DNA of 61,629 bases, counting the filler, from Sluysia triapertura (taxonomy: Eukaryota), in assembly GCA_046118255.1 (NCBI GenBank). It is 5 parts of 5 records of this genome, joined end to end, with 100 filler letters (N's around TTAATTAATTAA, not from the genome) between each part and the next. Parts side by side here need not be neighbours in the genome. Positions count along the whole stretch, not along the records: positions 12,030 to 23,527 come from JBJNIA010184012.1; positions 23,628 to 38,030 come from JBJNIA010260734.1; 3 more parts are not named here. One strand, 5' to 3'. The notes beneath the pieces were generated by a model, which was not told the DNA's origin, did no database searches, and saw nothing but the letters and a program-made list of their open reading frames with translations. Positions 12,622-25,354 of this stretch are shown piece by piece (within the stretch, counting starts at the first letter, position 1; each line of letters begins with the position of its first letter). The position numbers and the translations under genes were made by a program.

Positions 12622-14472
12622 TATTGGACTTCGTAAAATGGACTGACCGAGGATCTCACACTGCGCAGTTCGATTCTTTATCCACTGAGCTAGCACCCTC
12701 ATCTAACAATTTTATTTTATTATAGTTGTTAGGTTTTTATATATTTTTTTAAATTTAATACTTGCAACGCTTCAAATATTTCCCTGGATACTCTTTTGTG
12801 TGTCATTATATACTCACGTATTTTAAAATAGACTGACGATACAAATTCTATAAAATGTTATTATTCCTCAATATTCTTAAGTGAATTTTTTGCTTTAGTC
12901 AATACACACTTTATTCTTCAATAACATGTTAAATATTTTTACTTGTCAACAGAAGATTAAACTATTTACCGTTTTACTATTCAACTAATATTTGTTTATC
13001 TTACCTATAAGTCTGAATTTGGATACTCGTTCCGATAACCGGGAATGAAAACGCAAATAATTATTTAATTTAGATGTGAATTCAAAATTATTTTATCGTG
13101 ACTTAACGAAATTTGATTATTTATATAAACTTCTGTAATTCGTTTACTTTATGTTTTTTTTCTCTGGGCCACTGCTTTCGATGAATGAACAAATAAAAAT
13201 AAAAAAATTAAATTCAAATAATTTATTTATTCAATATAATAAATATCAACAATAAAGTTACGAATAATGATAATTTTATAATGAAAATTTTATAAACTTA
13301 TAACTTTTATAAATTTGAACTAAAACGATAGCAATAAAAAAGTTAAATAATTTTTTCGAACAAAATCAACAATAGGTGTCTACTTCTCTAAATCGATAAT
13401 AAATATTTGACGGTTATAAATCTCCTTTTTCTTAAAATTCAAAAAAAGTAATTTCTAAATATATTTTCTTCTAAAAAATTATGATTGGAAAGAATGCTTT
13501 CAATTGTTTCTTAACCAAAGTTGATCGTATCAATATTTAATATTTATAAATGTTCTCCTTTTCAAAAGATCTATAATTTATTCAAGAAAAATGTGTTTTT
13601 TTTAAATTTTTTGTGCATTTATATAGTGCAGGTAATAATTTTACACATATAATTAAATTACAGCAAATAATTTTATATAGTTATTTTATTTATTTTTTGC
13701 ACTTTCAGTTTACAGATAATATACAAGTATAATTGTATAGTTACAAATTATTACTTTCATAATAATATAAATGCTTATACTTTTAATTTTGTTCAGAATA
13801 TACAATAGTAATTGCCTACACTTTTATGTAATTAACAATAAAACTACTTACACCTTTAGTTTATTAATAATAATAGTAATAGTAACGATAACAGTGATAA
13901 TAATAATAATAATAAATGGTAATTACTGCCTTTTTAGTTCAAATATTTATATTTTACTAAATTTTAACTACATACTATTTATATTAAATCTCACTTTAAT
14001 ATGGTTTTTGTCGATTAAAATGCTTTTAAATTTGATATAACACTATTGTCTCAATCTTTAATTTAAGTTAATTTTGATCGAGAATAATGTTATTATTTTT
14101 TAATTGTATACTAGTTTTACTCAATCTCAATTTAGTGTAATTTTAACTCTCACAATAGAATAGTTTTTATGTTCTTAAAATTTAATGTTATATTGTCTTT
14201 ATAGAATCTCATTTTAAAATGACTATTTATTTTATTTTAATCTAAAACTAATTGTTATTTGTTGTTAAATTTTGAATTTTACTAACTCTCTTAAATCTCA
14301 TTTTAAATTGATAAAAAGCATTATAATCTTAACGATAATGATTTTAATTTTACGTTAAAATAAATTTTATTTAAAATAAATTTAAATTAAATTAATTGTT
14401 AAAAAGAAATTAATGAATATTATGTTACATAGTCAATTATACTAAATGGCACTTTAGGCCCGTATCCTAACA
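12622..14472 (-). mobile_element. Solo tRNA-bearing LTR split in two (12622-12726 and 14430-14472) by a nested insertion; AAAA TSD
   Basis: The two pieces rejoin exactly into the 27111-27268 LTR sequence. AAAA lies at both 12618-12621 and 14473-14476. Confidence 0.85.
12727..14429. mobile_element. 1703-bp nested LTR-type insertion (TGT...ACA ends, TAGT TSD), non-coding
   Basis: It starts TGTTAGG and ends TGTTACA. TAGT is duplicated at 12723-12726 and 14430-14433, precisely at the break in the host LTR. Confidence 0.8.
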
Positions 14473-15949
14473 AAAAGAAACATTTAGGCACACAAATTTG
14501 GTCTAAAGGGTTTTCTTTTCTTTCAGAGTACTTTATATTTATCGACCCATAAATGTGATTGATTTAATTAATGAACTAATAATAAAGTCCATTATTCAAA
14601 AGTAATTTCTTGATGCTGAAAGCACAAAATATGCTGAAATTCGCTGAATTTAATATCAAATTATTAAAATTGGCCGATTGTTAACATACAGAACTATCGT
14701 ATTAAATTTTCTTATATCTAGCAATTATTCAGTTTTTTTTACTGACATTTATTAAATATTGAATTACTATTAATAGACTTATAACTTCCATAGGAAAACT
14801 TCATTATCAAAATTCTCTCGAAAGTGATTAAAATTTACTCTATTACTTGAATCTAAATAAATTTATCTAACTATATCACTACTAATAACTTTTAAAATAT
14901 TTGATGAAGTTGAATTAGTATTGTTTTGTACTTGTGTTTTATGTAATTTAATGTTAATTTATTATTTGTAATTGAGTTAATATTTTGATTCATAAGTATA
15001 TAATCATGTGCCTAGATTGTTATATAATCAAATATCTTGAGTTATTCTATTTAATTAAAAAGGTTAATAAAAGATAATATTATATAGACGCAACACTATT
15101 AACATCTTTGATAAAAAGTAAAAATATGATGTGTGTTATCTTTTAATAAGTTAAAATTAATAATTAACATTGTACAAATAACGTTATTTAAGATTATTTT
15201 ATCTCTTTTTTAATATGGTTTAAGAAAATTTAATAAAGTTTTAAGTTCAAATAAGGCAATTTATTGTAATAAAAACTTACTTAATATTATTGGATACCGA
15301 GCACATAAAATAATTACAAAATAATCACTTAAAAAAATTAAAATTGAAATAAAACTTAGTTTCATTTTAGATAATTGAATAATGTTCGATTTACTTAGAT
15401 TAAGTTATTAATTTAAACATCGCATTTCCTTTATTTACACAATTAATTTCCTTTGTCTGTTAATTTAATATCAATTCAAATTTTTAGTTAGAAAATATAA
15501 ATAATAATTGAAATGCATCATGTCACTCATAAATATATTTAAATAATTTAGGGATATAATAGTTTAAATTAAAAAAATTTTAATAAATATAACAAAATGT
15601 TTACGAAAAATATTATCATCAAGTAGTACAAATTGATAACTCTCATCTAAAGATTTAAAATTGTAATAACATTGAATATTGATTTTTCTTTAGCTTATGA
15701 TTACTCTAAAGCAAAATTTATACTCTGAATATTTTTCTATCAGCGTTTAGAATATCATTTCCTAAAAATTAAATTAGTTTCTATTGAACTCGTTTCTCTT
15801 AATAGAGATAAAATTTATATTGTTGTTTTTATAAATTTAAGTTGTGTTTTGTGTTATAAATTTAAATAATAATAAGAAAGAATTTTTTCTTTTAATATAA
15901 CCTTATTATATTATAAAAAGAACACTTAGGATCAGTTTCTAGTATAGAG

Positions 15950-17266
15950 TCAGCGTAACACAGACGCACCAATCTATCTCGAATTTCTTCTTCTGTCGAA
16001 CCTGTTGAGAGATTTTAGACTTATACGATCTTAGACTTATGCACTTAAGGGCTAGTCCGTAAGTATTGTGTCTTTTTAATACTGTTATTTTCCCAAATTA
16101 TTAAATTAAAACTCAATAACTAAATAAATTCAAAATCTCGATATATTCTTTATATTATCACAAGATTAAAACTAAAATATTCTTTATAAAAATAGCAATA
16201 CAATATTCTTTATTACAATAGGAATTATTCTTCTTTGACAAGGGGTGAAACAACTTATTTAACTTTTCGCACCCGTATTAATACAAAATATAATCAATAT
16301 ATAATCAGTAATTCATTAACCCTTATTCCTCTGACTCTAAATACTTATTTTAATCAATTACTAAAGAATAATCCTAGAGCTAGAAAGTTTCCTCCAATTT
16401 TCTCAATTCCTATTTCTTGCTTTTTACGTCTGATTCTATTCAAAAATGTAACTGCTTATATAGCAGTTTTATGATGCTGCAGGAAATTAAAAATTAGAAA
16501 TTGAACAAGACGGAAATTAAAGCTGTCTATTCTCTTTTAGTTGGTTATAAGCTTAACAATTTTACTAATTGAATTTCGCCAGCAATTACCGTCTATGTTC
16601 AAATTCATTCTCATTTTAATTATCTAAAGATAATTGGATTTGTGGTAAACAATTCCCTTTTCTTTTTAGTATCATCTAATTAAAATTTAAAATCATTTTA
16701 CACTGCTATTATACTAATAACGTAATTTATCAACTTAATTTAAGGATACAAATAATGAAATAATAAATTTATTATTCATAGAAATCATTTGTATAATACG
16801 TTGTGCGTCAAGTTCATTTTGATATATACTTTATTAATACTTAGACATCGGAAGTGTAACTTTAACTTGCAGTTATAAAAATTAATTAAAATAACGAATT
16901 TTTACTTTATCTACATTGACGTGCTTCAAAATACTTCATCATTAAAAAAAATAAAACTCAATATTATACACTGAATCCAACATCATTATATCATGAGCAG
17001 ATATTTTTTATTGAGTATGAAATTAAACAAATTTTAATTAAGTTAATTAACAAATATAATTTAATATATTAACAAATAAAATCTTGTGTAAAGGGTTATT
17101 TTTTCATATTTCTCATTGTTTTGTTTTGATTCAAGCATCTTATAAGTTTATTTTATTATTACTATTCATTATAATATCTTATTTTATTCTTCAATGATGT
17201 TTATTTTATTCTGTTACCCTGGGTCTTGACCCTTACATCTACCTTTATCCTTCACTAATCCCAACA
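15950..17266 (-). mobile_element. Decayed LTR-retrotransposon 5' part (LTR start TGTTGGGATT, gag/protease-like remnant)
   Basis: The terminus ...AATCCCAACA is shared with positions ~41-48 and ~31301-31310. Minus-strand FCINTGAKS resembles the aspartic-protease motif LIDTGAxxS. The 15980-16080 stretch resembles 59630-59760 in inverted orientation. Confidence 0.35.
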
Positions 17267-18177
17267 AATTGCCTTTGTACAAAATATTTTTTGAATAACA
17301 ATAATGTAATTTAATGATATTTGCTTTAGTAAAACTTAATATGACCGGTTTAGAATGAGATCATGTTGATTCTCATCGTCTTAAACTCTGAAATACTCCA
17401 TTATGTGTTTGATATTTTTTAATAGCAGATCTAAATATTGCATTACTAATAAAATTAATTACATGAATTGCTAATAAAAATAATCAAGAAATACTTGTAA
17501 TTTTGTTGAATGTGTAATTACTGGAATATCTGATTTAAAGTAATTTATTAATTCATAAGAGAAAAATTACAATACGTTTTATATAATATAAAAGTTCATC
17601 TTCTATTAATAATTTAAGTGTTTATGATAAAAGTAAAATAGAAAATGATGCTGATTCACAATCAATTGATTTAGTGAATTTAATATTGGCTTAGAATAAA
17701 TGTGTGGTTTGAAACTCATGGTACATTCTTGAAGTATTATCAAAACGATTTCGATACATTATCTGCTATTTCATTATTAGAGTCAAATTAGGTTTTATGT
17801 TATCATAAGTCAACTTTATGTCAGATAATTCCTCATTAATTAATATTACTCTTATCCGAGAATGATTGCTTTGATTATTATCCATTGAATTACAATTATT
17901 GTTCATTTTTTTGCGAGATTAAGAAAACATTTTAGTTGGGTGCTTAGCTATTATAATATTGATTTCTTAAAAATTTTAAATTAATAGCAATAATAAAATA
18001 ATAATAATAGCAATAGTAATAATAATAATAAAATATAATAATGACAATATATTAATGATAATAATTATAATAATTATATTAATAATAATAAAGACATTGT
18101 ACAAATAAAATAATCATCACATTTGTCTAACAATTCTTCTGTGGAAAAACTCTAATTTGAGTTAATAGTAATGTTAT

Positions 18178-18274
18178 GTTTATATTACGTTTAGTTTATA
18201 AATAGTTTATATTACGTTTAGTTTATAAATAGTTTATATTACGTTTAGTTTATAAATAGTTTATATTACGTTTA
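18178..18274 (+). repeat. 27-bp minisatellite, about 3.6 perfect copies
   Basis: Unit GTTTATATTACGTTTAGTTTATAAATA at 18178, 18205 and 18232, partial at 18259. Confidence 0.95.
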
Positions 18275-18897
18275 TTTAATCTTCTATGTATATACTGATT
18301 TATTGATTAAACTTGTATATAATTATTCATTAGACGTATTGTTAATTTATATTTTTAATGTTTTAATGAAAATTTAATTAATTGGAATTTTATTGCAATT
18401 CTATAAAGTAAGGGAATATTAATTTTATTTTTTATTATTAATTGTATTGTTAAAATTTTTAACTATTTATTTTAAATTTTAAATTGTTTGACTAAATAAT
18501 TTGTTTAATCGTTTAACCTCAAGGTCATCTTTTTAATATAAAAATATCAAAACTTTACCATTTGACACAATTTTTTTTGGACACGACATTAATTCGTTTG
18601 TACTTCATCAGTTCTTCGAGCAAATATATCTTTCGGAACGATTATCATTAGTTCTTTTATGTAAGTTTTTGCATTAATTATCATTGCTTTGTTATTTTTT
18701 TGACTTAAATTTTTACTCGAGTAACGCTACTATTTAGAAGTAGCTGATTAAAAATACAAAGATAGGATTAATTATAAATTAATCCAATTTTAAAGTTTTA
18801 TTTTGTTTTTATACTGCATATATTTATAAATTGTATTATTTAATAAAACATTATTCTCTCATTTCAGTTACGTTATTATCATCTAAATAGATTTTTT

Positions 18898-19112
18898 AAA
18901 AGGTTCCGTTTAGAACATCATTAACATCTTAGTAAACTCTTAATGTTCAATTTAGAACCATATTAAAATATCAAGTTCTAAAAATCTGATTAAAATTTTT
19001 AAAGGTTCGGTTTCAGAACCTAATTAAAATCATTGAAAATAAAATTTAAGATTTATTTTAGAACCTCATCAAAATAACTAATCAAAAGGTTCAGTTTAAG
19101 AACCTGATTAAA
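18898..19112 (+). repeat. Degenerate array of palindromic AGGTTC-N7/8-GAACCT units
   Basis: About five or six related copies near 18900, 18942, 18973 (partial), 19002, 19048 and 19087. Confidence 0.65.
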
Positions 19113-20688
19113 TTACTGATTAATTAAAATTCTTTTTTTATTTGCTAGAAAAGTATTATACTAAAAATTTTTAACCTGCAGATTTGATTAAAACATCAAG
19201 TACTGATAAGTTTTGACATATAGATAGAATCATTTCGCTTAAATCCAACGGCTAGTCCTAACTGGTAAGCCTAGTACGTTGGTGGACTCACCTTAAGTTT
19301 GCTTTATTCTGTAAGGTTAGGAAAAACAGCAACAATGATAAGTTTCTGTTGACATAAATGGTTTTTAAAACAATCAATATGATAAATATTTTTACATCTT
19401 AGTGAAACGAATTCCTTCGAACACATATATAAAGGTTTAGCACAAAATGGATAATAAATGTACTATCTTTACTATCACTATCATGGGCTTCTAATATTCC
19501 AAATTTATTCAATTCAGAATCAACAATTTTACCACAAATTATAGGAGCACTAGCAGAACTGCTTATTAAAATACATCATTCACGAAATATTGTACTTAAA
19601 TCACGTCACCTCACAAACTTATGCGCCTCGAATAAAGATGTAAGTTTTTCGTGTTGAATTAAAAGTCGAACTCATGAATTTTTCGTGACTCGTTATTTGT
19701 CACGTTTTCCATGTTCAAAAATACGAATAACAGATTTTGTAGTATCAAATTCTTCTGCAGTTGTGCCTTCTAAGATCGCTGTAAATATTTAGGTTTATCA
19801 TTTCTAAATGTCATCAACCTCTTCATTTAAATCATACTTATCACTTGCATTCAAAAATGTAAATAGTCTTTTCTTCTCAAATTGTGTATATAAATGTACC
19901 AATTTTGAATGATATGGTTCTGATGTCTTCGTTTTCAATAGTTTCATCAAAACAAGGTGAAAAATATTTTACAAAATGTCAGTCCATTCCATAATTTCGG
20001 TAAGAGAAGTTATGCCGATAATTTTCAACTTTATCCCAAATTTCTTCAATATTTGTCATTAATAAATCAAATTTATATTCATTTATTAAATTTTGTCATC
20101 TTCAAAATAATCATTGTTTCTTGAAGCTTTATCTTTAGATTCAACAAACTCTTTAAAAAAATATAAATGATAAAATAACAAATAATAATAAAATTTGTTT
20201 AAATCAAAAGAAACGATAAAAATAGAAGTAGTAAAGGCAGAAAAATAGAATAATAACAATAATACGATAAAATTTAAAGATAGAAAGGCAACAATATTCA
20301 GAATTACGATAATAATTTCAATAACAATATTAAATTTTAGATTGTAGTTGTTTTGTTAATATTAATATGAATATTATTATCATTGTTTTTCTCATGAGTT
20401 GTATTGTGTTACTAGTGTTTTATTTTGTTTATGTTTTTGTTTGCAGTTTCGCTTATGAAGGTTGATTTACACAAATAATAATAAACACAATAATAATAGT
20501 AATAATGATAATAATAATTTAAAATCCGGAACGATAGAAGCCAACTTCTAAATAATTCAAATAAAAACAATAGTTCAGCACTAAACGTACCACGATAGGT
20601 CAAATGACTGTTTTTAGTATTTTTTGGGGCAAAAGGTCTAAAGTGCCATGATGGTATATTGTATATAATGAAATAGAATTGCTAGACG

Positions 20689-20760
20689 GGGTTGATATCT
20701 CAGTGGGAGAGCATTCGAACTGCGCACGAGAGGCCCTGGGTTCGATCTCCGGTCAGTCCA
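20689..20760 (+). pseudogene. tRNA-Ala(TGC)-like cassette inside LTR1
   Basis: 72 nt with A box, B box (GGTTCGATC), acceptor stem GGGTTGA/TCAGTCC, G3:U70, A73, TGC centred in the loop, then TTTT. The anticodon arm is non-canonical. Confidence 0.75.
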
Positions 20761-20935
20761 TTTTATTAAGTCTAACATTTGGTGAGTCCACATATCGAAT
20801 ACCTTTCTGATGTTGAAATTAATGATTTATAAGATGTTTGAAGACACATAATTGAATTGGGTGAGATATGTTGGGATGCAGGCCTAAAGTGCCATGTAGT
20901 ATAATTGAATATAAGAAAAATGAAATTGTTAGACG

Positions 20936-21007
20936 GGGCTGATAGCTCAGTGGTAGAGCATCGAATGTCGCAGACAGAGGTCCAGGGTTCGATCCCCGGT
21001 CAGTTCA
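20936..21007 (+). pseudogene. tRNA-Ala-like cassette inside LTR2
   Basis: TAGCTCAGTGGTAGAGC (A box/D arm) and GGTTCGATCCC (B box), followed by TTTT. The anticodon arm is decayed. Confidence 0.75.
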
Positions 21008-24000
21008 TTTTATGAAGTTTAACATTTTTACTTTTACAAAATACTATGAAATGATCGGTGATGATATAAATAGGCATACACATCAACCATTGGCAAGTTT
21101 AGTACTAAAAAATTCAGAATAGATTGATTAAAAAAATTGAAAGAACACTCAGGCAGTCTCTTACCTGTATTTTGACTCCTGTGAATAAATTTTCAGTCTT
21201 TCTAAATCACATGGTGACAATTTGAACGTTATTATTAAATTATAAATTTCGAAGGACGAAGGTATTCTGATAGTCGTCTCAATTTAAATCTGATATCTGA
21301 CATTTGATTTATCATAAAAAGTTTTATCAATATAAAACACGTTAGATTTTTATTATTAGTCTTCGATATCCCTAAGAGATATTTAAAATAGACTTTAAAT
21401 ATTATTTAATTGTTTATACGGTCAATTATTAATACTTAAAGTTTATAATAACCTTAATACAGTAAACAGCAAAAAAATAATATCATTAACTGTTATTTCT
21501 TAATTTTTTGTTATTGACCATATTTGAATAGTTAATCTGTGTTATTCATTAACACTAGATTTACCAGGAATTTTCCATACCTATTTATACCTATTTTTTT
21601 AGTATTATTTAATTAACAAAAAAATAAAAACACTTGCGAAATTAGTGCATTTAGTTTGTGTGGCAAAAGTCAGATATTGGTTTTTAAAATAAATATACAA
21701 ATTTATATAGAAATTTAAGTAATTTTTAATCAAACCAGTCAAAATGACTGGTTTGGTAAATCTAGTGTTAATAATCATCCACTCGTAACTTGGAATATCA
21801 GCAACTTTCAAAAGACTATTTTAAATAAGTCTACAAAATAAAGGACTTATTTTTAAATTATATATAGTTATAAAATAACATAAAATCGGTTGAATAATCG
21901 TTTTTGCAGAATTCATTTTAAATAGTCTCATCAACTTTCTTTTTTAAAGTCCTATTTTACATGAAGATATAAAATTAGTTTATATATTAAATAATTGATT
22001 ATCATAATAATAATTCAACCAAATCATAAACTCCATTGTGATAATTGTCGAAAATATTAGACATCCAGTCTAATCATACAAAAAGAGAAACTTACTATGG
22101 AACGTCTATAAGTCGATATTTTATTTTTAGACAAAAATCCTGTAAACAAGACCTTGATTGTATGACTTTAATCGTATGTTTTTTCATTGTAACTAATTAT
22201 GATTAAAACTGTATTCTAAGAAGTGATTTATTATTCAAATCAACATTGATCCAGATATCTGAGTTTGGAGAATCAGTCAAGGATCCGACTACCAAAATAT
22301 TCGTAGATTCAGATTTTGTTACCACAGGCTTTATTATAATTTAATATTAGGCATAACTTCTTACTTAAAATGTTTACCTTGTATGCTAACTTACGTTAGT
22401 GTCATAGTATAACTATCTATTCTATATCATTGTATTATTGGTTCATATTGTAATTGGCTTGAATGATACTTATACATATTTACAATTAGATACTTTGAAT
22501 TGTGTATACTTTTATTGTTGAAGAATTAATTAAGATAAAGAAAAAGATCTATAATTGTTAACACCACTAAAAATTTACATAATTAATTAAAAAACAAAAC
22601 TCCTAAAATAATAATACGTAATTGGAAAAATTATTGAATTTCTTTTAAATTAGTGTGAGCTAAAATATAAATCCCGATTATTTGGTGAAATAAGAAGAAG
22701 CATTATACGTGGATCTAAAGTTTAGAAGATATAAGATTGTTTATAAGCGAAGACGAAAGTATAAAAAAACTTCGTGTAAGATTAACGACTTTTCTAAGAC
22801 ATCTTAAGAAAATTGTGAACTAATTAAGGTATAATTTTGTAAAGATATTTGATATATTTTTATTTCGAATTTTATTTATGTAAAGTATTTAAAAATTATT
22901 TGAAATTATCATATTTAGTATTTTATTTGTAAAATATTTAAAAGTTATTATATTAAATATTTGAAATATAAAAAATATTTAAAATTATTAAAATATTTAA
23001 ATATTATTATTATTATTATTATTATGAAAACATAAATATTTGAAATATAAAAAATATTTAAAATTTTATTATTACGAAAACATTATCAAATATTATATTG
23101 TTTAAACCTTATGTTTCTATACAAACCAATTGTTGGTAAACGAAAAAAATAGTATAAAAGTAGCGAAGATATTTATAAATTCTCATTAACAAATTGATTT
23201 TATAAATTTTCATCAACAACAAATTGATAAATTAGTTTTCAGTGCTATAAATTTATTTGGAGAATATTGTTCTGAAATCTTGATAAGTTAACGAGAAGAC
23301 ATTTAAAAAATTTCTTATAGAAAAAAGAGATTACAATTTCGACAATTTTATTATTATCATAAATCGTTAGTCCATTATTATAATTAAGTTTAAAATTTAC
23401 ACTGATCATAAATTATACTTAAAATTAATCTAAATTTGTATAATTTAATATACAATATAATTTAAAGTTTTCTAAAATTCAATTTTATAAATATTAATTA
23501 TAAATTAATATTTTTGAATTTTTGCACNNNNNNNNNNNNNNNNNNNNNNNNNNNNNNNNNNNNNNNNNNNNTTAATTAATTAANNNNNNNNNNNNNNNNN
23601 NNNNNNNNNNNNNNNNNNNNNNNNNNNGAATGATTTACCTTAAGCGCTTTTGAGTACTTTCGCGGTAGATATAAGCGCAATATAAATTAATATATTATTA
23701 TTATATTATTACCCGAATAGAAACTGACACAATTAATATGATAAATGAAAGAAGTTGATGATCATGTTAAGCACTAAACAAACGCAAAAGGTGACGGTTT
23801 CATAAGAATCAGTCACAATTAGTAAGACAAAACAAAGCATTTTAAATTTAGACCTCATAAAATTTGAATTCGAGTTTTCTATTCATAAACGACTGACTGC
23901 TACTTCTTGATCGTGAAATCTAGGAATAAGAGATTATAAAATAAAATAAACAGTACTGTTATCTTAATTATTCGAAATTTTCTAATATTTACAAAATGAA

Positions 24001-25189
24001 ATATTATAATTAAAATCCAAAATACCAATTCGCCACGAAACCAAAACAAACTCCGACATTTTAGTTATTATTATTATATTCGAATTTCTTATCGGTTTTG
24101 TCAACAAACCCAAATCCTTATCAACATTTTCTCCCAAAAACGCTTATCAAATGTCAATAGAAAGAAAAGTCAACTTTACTTTTTCACTGGCAACTTTTAT
24201 TAGATATTTTCGTTATTTTTTGTTGTAAGTAGTTAAATTTTAAATAAATTATTAATTTTCAAATTCAAATTTAAGACTTATAATTCAAATGTGACCAAAT
24301 AATGAAAACTATTGTTAAAAAATTATAAAATAGAGAATGAAAATGTTTGTGAGTTATTATATCTACTTTTTAGAATACTACTGACAAAACTGCTGGAATC
24401 TGACTGTGGATATTGCCAGTAAGAGTGAGACTGATGAATGAAAGAAAGAGAGAATGAAAAGGCTGATAAAGCAACTCTGAAATTATTAATTTGTCATATC
24501 TCCATCCAGTTTCATTTATTTTCAGTTACTCATTTTTCATACATTGATAAGATACCACACATGTTATATTCTCTCTCTGCTACTGCTGCTGCTCTTCATC
24601 CCCAGCCGTTCATTGTAGTGTGTGCAGTTGGAACAACTCCATTCCACTTTTAGTGTCAGTAGTTTTTATTCACATGAATAATTATTTCAACGATCTTATT
24701 TAGATTTAGATATTTCGAAAATTGATAAAACATCACATTCACTCTCATTGTGCTTTCCGCTAGACGTGGATAAACTTAATAATAATGTATAATAATCTGG
24801 ATCCGTTCAAAAATAATCGTGAAATATACTTTTACTTTCCGAAATGTAAGAATGAGGAAGCGCATTATTTTCGATTTTATAATAACATAAATCAGATAAT
24901 TCGAAATTAAAAACACATGCGCATAGTGAAATCAAATTCTGAGCGTGTCAAACAATGAACTGATGATTGCGCAACATCTTTTGAGTCCGTTATTTATTGC
25001 CGTATCATTATCGTCATCATGAAACACACAAACACGCATACATGCAAGTTATTGAAATCCATAGTGACAGCAACCAACTGTACAGACTCGTACTAACAGC
25101 ATGCACGTACAAGCACTGGTCTACTAATTAAAGCACACATATTTATCGTCACATTGTTCTCGTGTGATGTTTGCTATGATAATATCGAA

Positions 25190-25300
25190 TATGATTGGCT
25201 AAATAACATTTAAAATCGCATTTCAATTGACCAATTAAACAACAAAATTGATGTAGAAAGTGATAAACACAGCATCAGCGATAACTTTGCTATAAATATT
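25190..25300 (+). promoter_or_regulatory. Candidate core promoter of the Blimp-1-like gene
   Basis: Inverted CCAAT (GATTGG ~25193), CCAAT (~25231) and TATAAATA (25291), 64 nt before ATG 25355. Motif evidence is weak in AT-rich DNA. Confidence 0.4.
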
Positions 25301-25354
25301 TTAAGTGAATTGTTTTCTCAAGTTTCATTATTACTTCTGTTTATTGTTCATAAA

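Larger units (their letters stand above)
20622..21024 (+). mobile_element. Complete 403-bp TRIM: LTR 20622-20777, PBS from 20780, PPT-like ~20854-20866, LTR 20869-21024; each LTR contains a tRNA-Ala-like cassette
   Basis: Two 156-bp direct repeats with (TG)TT...AACA ends. TGGTGAGTCCAC lies 2 nt after LTR1, and purine-rich GAATTGGGTGAGA lies 2 nt before LTR2. The internal region is 91 bp and non-coding. Flanks are TATT and TTTT (3/4 TSD match). Confidence 0.88.

Noticed and set aside
18898-19112. CRISPR array
   Set aside because: Repeats are degenerate and irregularly spaced, there are no cas genes, and the context is eukaryotic.
19450-20150. gag zinc-knuckle-like remnant on the minus strand (also ~40760-40820)
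   Set aside because: Only partial CxxCG-like matches that need frameshifts; too weak to call.
20689-21007. Functional tRNA gene cluster or tRNA-SINE
   Set aside because: Anticodon arms differ and are decayed between copies, and the units sit inside TG..CA LTRs with TSDs, PBS and PPT.
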